Of a stretch of DNA of 64,000 nucleotides, positions 59,301 to 64,000 are shown one piece after another. Location: NCBI GenBank assembly GCA_047495785.1, contig JBLDXI010000074.1, forward strand, positions 868,001 through 932,000, in the 5' to 3' direction. The translations under genes and the position numbers were made by a program. Origin of the DNA: Lepidodermella squamata. Its lineage: Eukaryota; Animalia; Gastrotricha. The notes beneath the pieces are model-generated. The model was not told the origin of the DNA, did not search any database, and was given only the letters and a program-made list of their open reading frames with translations. Numbering within the stretch: the stretch's first letter is position 1; each line of letters opens with the position of its first letter.

Positions 59301-62058
59301 GCTATTAGCAGGACCAATCCAGCCAAGGGGCAGACAATATCGACGATCTCTTCAGGTGATAACCCGCTACTTTTTGCCCTAGAATCGGTAGTTGTAGCTA
59401 ATTTTAACAGGGCAGTTTTAGGTAGGGGTGAAATGCCACTAGAATCTGCATAGCCTTGCGGGGCTACGATGACAAACAACCTCCTTGATGCGGGAAACAT
59501 TTTCTCATAATAAAAGTAAGAAAAGCGGCAATGTGGACTCAAATTTTAACGGAAATACGAAAGGGACTATGTATCCAAAAATCGATATATCGTGAGTCGA
59601 GGATGGTTGCCATGGTCCCGGTTCCTTCGTCGGTGCAGATCCAGGAAAGGAAATAACAAAAATTTTGCTAATTTTATTGCGGGACAGAAAAGCAGAAAAC
59701 ATGAAAATTGATTGAAATTCGACTAGTGATTTCAAGAACACAACTAATTTTCGATTTTTACAGGTTCTTCTCGATGGAACAGCTGACATGGTGGTCACAT
59801 CTCTTAAGATTAATTCGGACAGAAGCAGTGTTATCGACTTCAGCGTGCCTTTCTACGAAACCGGGATAACAATATTAGTCAGAGTACGTGAAGGCATGGT
59901 ATCCGCAGTCGCTTTCCTCGAACCCTTTTCCAGAGATACGTGGCTTGTGGTTTTCTTCGGCTGCGTTAATGGCTTCGCTGTAATCATGTTCACGTTCGAG
60001 CTGGCCTACCATCGAATAACAGTCATCACCAAAAAAGAAGGGGACGATGGTAATAATTGAATCATTTCTTATCTGCTGATGCCTTTTGAAGTGAAGAAAA
60101 TAGTTAGAAAATAGAGAGACTTCACCTAAGATATACTCTAAAATGGATCCAGAGCTAAAAATAATGCATGTTTAGAGGATCTTGAGCTGCAAAGAAAATC
60201 TGATAAGCTGGAAACTTGCAAACCCCCTGGTAGGCAGTCATTTTTTCCTGCTAAAACAAACTTCAACTATGTTGCTATTCAGGGGTGATACAGATAGACT
60301 CATTCTCATTTCTTCTTCTTACAGCTAAGCGAATTTCTTTCGTGGAGTCCTTCTGGATTGTGTTAAACATGCTATTCAATGCAACTGCCAATGGGAAACA
60401 GCCGAAGAGCTCCAGGTAAACTTTATCACCCTTAAAACGGCCTGGTGCATCAATGAACCATGCAATATATGTGCAGCACAAGATTCATCACAGCTTTATG
60501 GGGACTAGTCTGCCTCATTCTAGTCGCATCCTTCATGGCTAACTTGGCAGCTTTCATGATAACGAAAGATGACTACCACGACTTTGCTGGGGTCGATGAC
60601 TACCGGGTAAGTTCAAGCCACAAATTAGAATGAAAAACTAATGCTTAATCTCTCAAAGCTCAAAAATCCCTATACGAAGAACCCGGCCTGGAGGTATGCG
60701 ACTATCCCATCCGGAGCTACAGAAACCATAATCCGAAGCAATTTCCCGGACATGTACGAGTACATGCGAGCATTCACCCGCCCGAACGCCGATTCGGGAG
60801 TCGACGCAGTTCGGAAGGGTGAACTAGATGCTTTCATCTACGACGCCTCCGTCCTCGAGTACAAAGTCGGGCGAGATAAAGACTGCGCGTTACGAACCGT
60901 CGGCAAATGGTACGCCCTGACTGGCTACGGCATCGCCCTGCCGAAAAACTCGAAATGGCTGCATGCCATCAACAAATACATTGTCGACTACCAGCGTTCT
61001 GGCTACCTGCAACATCTGGAGGAATACTGGCTGGCAAGTGCATGTAAAGAGCGACAGAAAAGTGACCTGCGGAAGAGTCACGCGCTGGGTATTGCCAATC
61101 TCAAGGCGGTTTTCATCATTCTGGCTGTCTGCATGGTTGGCTGTGCGATTTTTCTAGCGATTGAGCATCTCTTCATGCGGCATTGTAGGCGGCAACTGAG
61201 GAAGATCGATCGGTGCAACTTTTTCGCGGCAATGTCGCCGAAAATGGGAGCCGCTCTCAGTTTCACAGCAACTGTCGAACAGGTACATGCTCCTCTCTTT
61301 CAATTTCCACCCTCCAATTAATTGAAAATATCCAAGACGTAACAGTCAGTTCGCGTTTCATTGATCCAAATTATTTCAGTCATCTTCAAAATTTCTCCTA
61401 AAAACGATCACGTTCGATTTTTTTACGAAAATCGATAAATTCGAGAATTAAGTAATGAAATTCGTTGTTTTATCAATATTTTGGCGTTGTCTAGCCTCGA
61501 AGAGAGCTCATCTTCAAGCACGTAGAAAACGCGTTCGTGCTCACTGATCACCCGCCCACTCCGTCAGAGGTAAAAATCGGCAAAAACCCATTCTAAAATG
61601 CATCCGCTTATTCACTCTACCGCTTTCGCTTTGCTTTTTAAAAAATTTCGATGTTCCCTAAATTTATTGTTGTTCCCTTTGGTTTTTCACAGGCTTTGTT
61701 GGAGAGACAGCGAACCCATAGTAAAGCAAGTCGGCATCGAAGTCAGCTTCATGGCAGCGGCAGCAGTTTATCGGCTAATCGTCCGTTGGAACGACTTATA
61801 TTCTCAACCAATAGCAATACCACAAGTTACTTGACAAATCGCGGTCAATCCCAATTGAGACAAAGTCAGCGAATGCGGCAAACAAAGAGCGGCATTGATT
61901 TCGGCGAGACATCCCGGCTTCAAAATCAAGTCCGGAAAAGCGTTATAGTCGTTAATTTGACTCACTCGCAATCGACGCCATTCGTAAATCGCCGAGCGGC
62001 TGGGGTCAACGATGACGATAATTACGTTATAGATGACGTATTGTTAAATTTACGTTAA
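56366..62058 (+). CDS. Ionotropic glutamate receptor, NMDA type, GluN2-like subunit (about 11 exons)
   Basis: Signal and ATD exons; RIATLEEPPYV, CCAGFSMDLL, SLKINSDRSSVIDFSVPF, AFLEPFS, ANLAAFMI, LDAFIYDASVLEY, TGYGIALPKNSKW and M4; the Cys-containing loop 1 is typical of GluN2. Confidence 0.9.
58877..59500 (-). CDS. Nested antisense gene: single-pass membrane protein with PPPSY motif (~207 aa)
   Basis: Long ORF inside intron 58738-59763; TM IVCPLAGLVLLIAMVLLI followed by KC; cytosolic tail ends EPPPSYEEV. Confidence 0.7.
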   Translation of the reverse strand: MFPASRRLFVIVAPQGYADSSGISPLPKTALLKLATTTDSRAKSSGLSPEEIVDIVCPLAGLVLLIAMVLLIKCLNGDCKSKGEAYYRVAPSQEMRSSDSAASSNSKQNRTLARTASLKARLAQLQAERIAYFEAVHARNIMRNQRIQRQVSANRVAACESPIVAMQSISASISQQPQQNATINESMDEPPPSYEEVARTFPNRERF

Positions 62059-62479
62059 TTTTATTGTATTGCCAAATAGCGGAATAAAATGAGGATGACT
62101 CAGACTGGTTTTATTACCCTAGGTCGTGTGATCATGATTATTCTTATTATTGGCCGTTTTTATTCGCGAACTCAGCAGTTTTGATGATGAACACAAGTCA
62201 AAAGCAGCGCGCGTGCGTTGCGCAACCGAGTGGGGTCAAATGAGCGCTGAAAATAGCCATTGAGTGCGCATTACTCAATATGACGGCGGTTCGAGTGCCA
62301 ACAACTGCTCGCATATCAACAAACGCTATAATAGCTGTGTAATTTGACAGACAGGCTACAACATCAAACCCAGCGTCAAATTAACCGCGCGCTCACCAGT
62401 ATCGTATTCACGTTGATCCTCATTTTCTTCATTTCATACTCACTATCAATTTTTTCGGATTTAATCTATACGGAGGCAA

Positions 62480-63443
62480 ATGTTGCCGCACCCTCAGCCT
62501 GGTCAGTGCTACCACCAGTACCACGTTCTCTCGATGAAGGACGCGCCTTTCAGCGGCGATGTGGGCATCTTCGATGAAATCGAGCAAATGTCACTGCCGC
62601 GGCTTATCACCGTCATCAAACAACCGCAAAAAGTTATTTTTTTTTCAACACTTTTAATTAAGGTGGATTAAGGATCAAATTCTAAGTGTGCAACAACCTT
62701 TCTGCGTTCGTTCAATTTTTTCCAATTTTTCGAATGTTCAGGACAAAAAACAACATTTTCCTGAATTCATCTCGAGTTAGGAAAAAAAGATTACCTAGCA
62801 TCACAGGATATGAATCACCTCATTTTTCTACCTGATCATGTTATTTGGAAATCTATAGAAACAATTATTTAATAAAAGAGCTCTTTATTGTTTTGAATTT
62901 CAAATTTTAAGAAATCAATTTCATCACATAAGAAAATCGGCAGCGCATTATCACTTTGCCTAAAATTGGAAAAATAGTAGGAAAAAACTAGGAAAGACTT
63001 CTGTTTTTTTTCAATTTTTCATTATTTTTTTGTTTTTTTTTTACCGCAAATAGTTTTCCGGCAAAGATGTGAGCGCGAAAATCGAAGATGATTACCTGGT
63101 GGGCGGTCTCTGTTCGAGCTGTCTCGATCACAGTTCAACGTCCGATCTCGCACTCGCTCTCTTCTGCCCTTGTATTTTATCTTGTCGGGCCGCTCGTCGC
63201 CTCGACGAAAACTGCTGTCTCCCCCTTCTCACCTGCGGACCTTACCCTCTCAGCGTTCGATTTCGAACCCTGGTCGGTATCAATCACGACATGTGCGACG
63301 AAGCTTGTCAATTCTGCTGCTGTCCTCAGTAAGAAAAATTCGTAAAATTACTCGTAAAATTATTTCTAATTTTTTTTAGACTGGCGATTTTACGTCTCAT
63401 CAATGAAATGAATAAGCGGAATTTTTCTATGGAACGGAGTTGA
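62480..63443 (+). CDS. PLAC8/cornifelin family protein, copy 3 (first exon tentative)
   Basis: GGLCSSC..LFCPCILSC..LDENCC..FRTLVGINHDMCDE..CCCPQ|LAILRLINEMNKRNFSMERS*; upstream exon with ITVIKQP resembles the other copies. Confidence 0.82.
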
Positions 63444-64000
63444 AATCAAAGACACAATAATTTATCGTAGATCACTTGATTATTATTTGGTGGCGTTTTT
63501 GCGTATGGTTGACTGAGAATAAAAGAGGGCACGTGAAATTGCGTAATTCATTTTTTGCCTGAAGCACGAGCTGCTCTTCCAATGTAATTTTTCAATTTAT
63601 ATTCACCATCGATTTTCTCCTCATCGTCGTTTTGCAGTGCAATCAAAATTGACAAATTGCTGTATTATAATGCAATGAAAGTCACAACGGAAAAATGCGA
63701 GACAAGCAGCAGCAATTTGAATTGGGTCACTCCTAGCAATAAAAAGTCGCATTGCACGCGCTGTTTTGAGGAGTGTACTTTTCAGAAACACAACGACGAA
63801 TTTTTGATAAATCGCGCCTGCGTGGCTGTTTGTGTGTGTGTGCGTTATGTGGCTTGCTTACCTTGGACTTTCGTCGTGTCGACATACAGCCGACCAGCGA
63901 CTACACAATATAAATAACCCCGGCCTCTCTTTTGTAAGCAACACATGTGTAGTAGTAGCTGTTGTATTATTTATAGGCTTTTTGGCTGATGGAGCAGTAC

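Overview
Eukaryotic DNA from a compact-genome invertebrate animal: GT-AG introns (many about 50-60 nt), AT-rich intergenic DNA, taxon not determinable by eye. The window looks like a duplicated defence/immune-effector neighbourhood. It has nine minus-strand DM9-repeat (DUF3421) genes, three PLAC8/cornifelin genes, an F-type-lectin-like ORF, a probable Cys-repeat/C-type-lectin gene and an EB-module protein. There are also several small orphan families: two acidic-pro/Cys-rich secreted precursors (one split by a hAT insertion), three secreted 'FSxLRRxASKP' precursors and two NPNN microproteins. One secreted protein has a core resembling bacterial BECR-fold RNase toxin domains. The right end holds a GluN2-like NMDA receptor gene whose gate motif reads SFMANLAAF, with an antisense gene nested in one intron. 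Many non-autonomous DNA transposons with readable TIRs/TSDs are present, often nested. The most striking are two related 3-bp-TSD elements, each carrying a divergent pair of tRNA-like Pol III units, inserted one inside the other within a tRNA-Tyr gene next to an intact tRNA-Asn. All gene models were assembled by eye and family assignments come from remembered motifs, not database searches.
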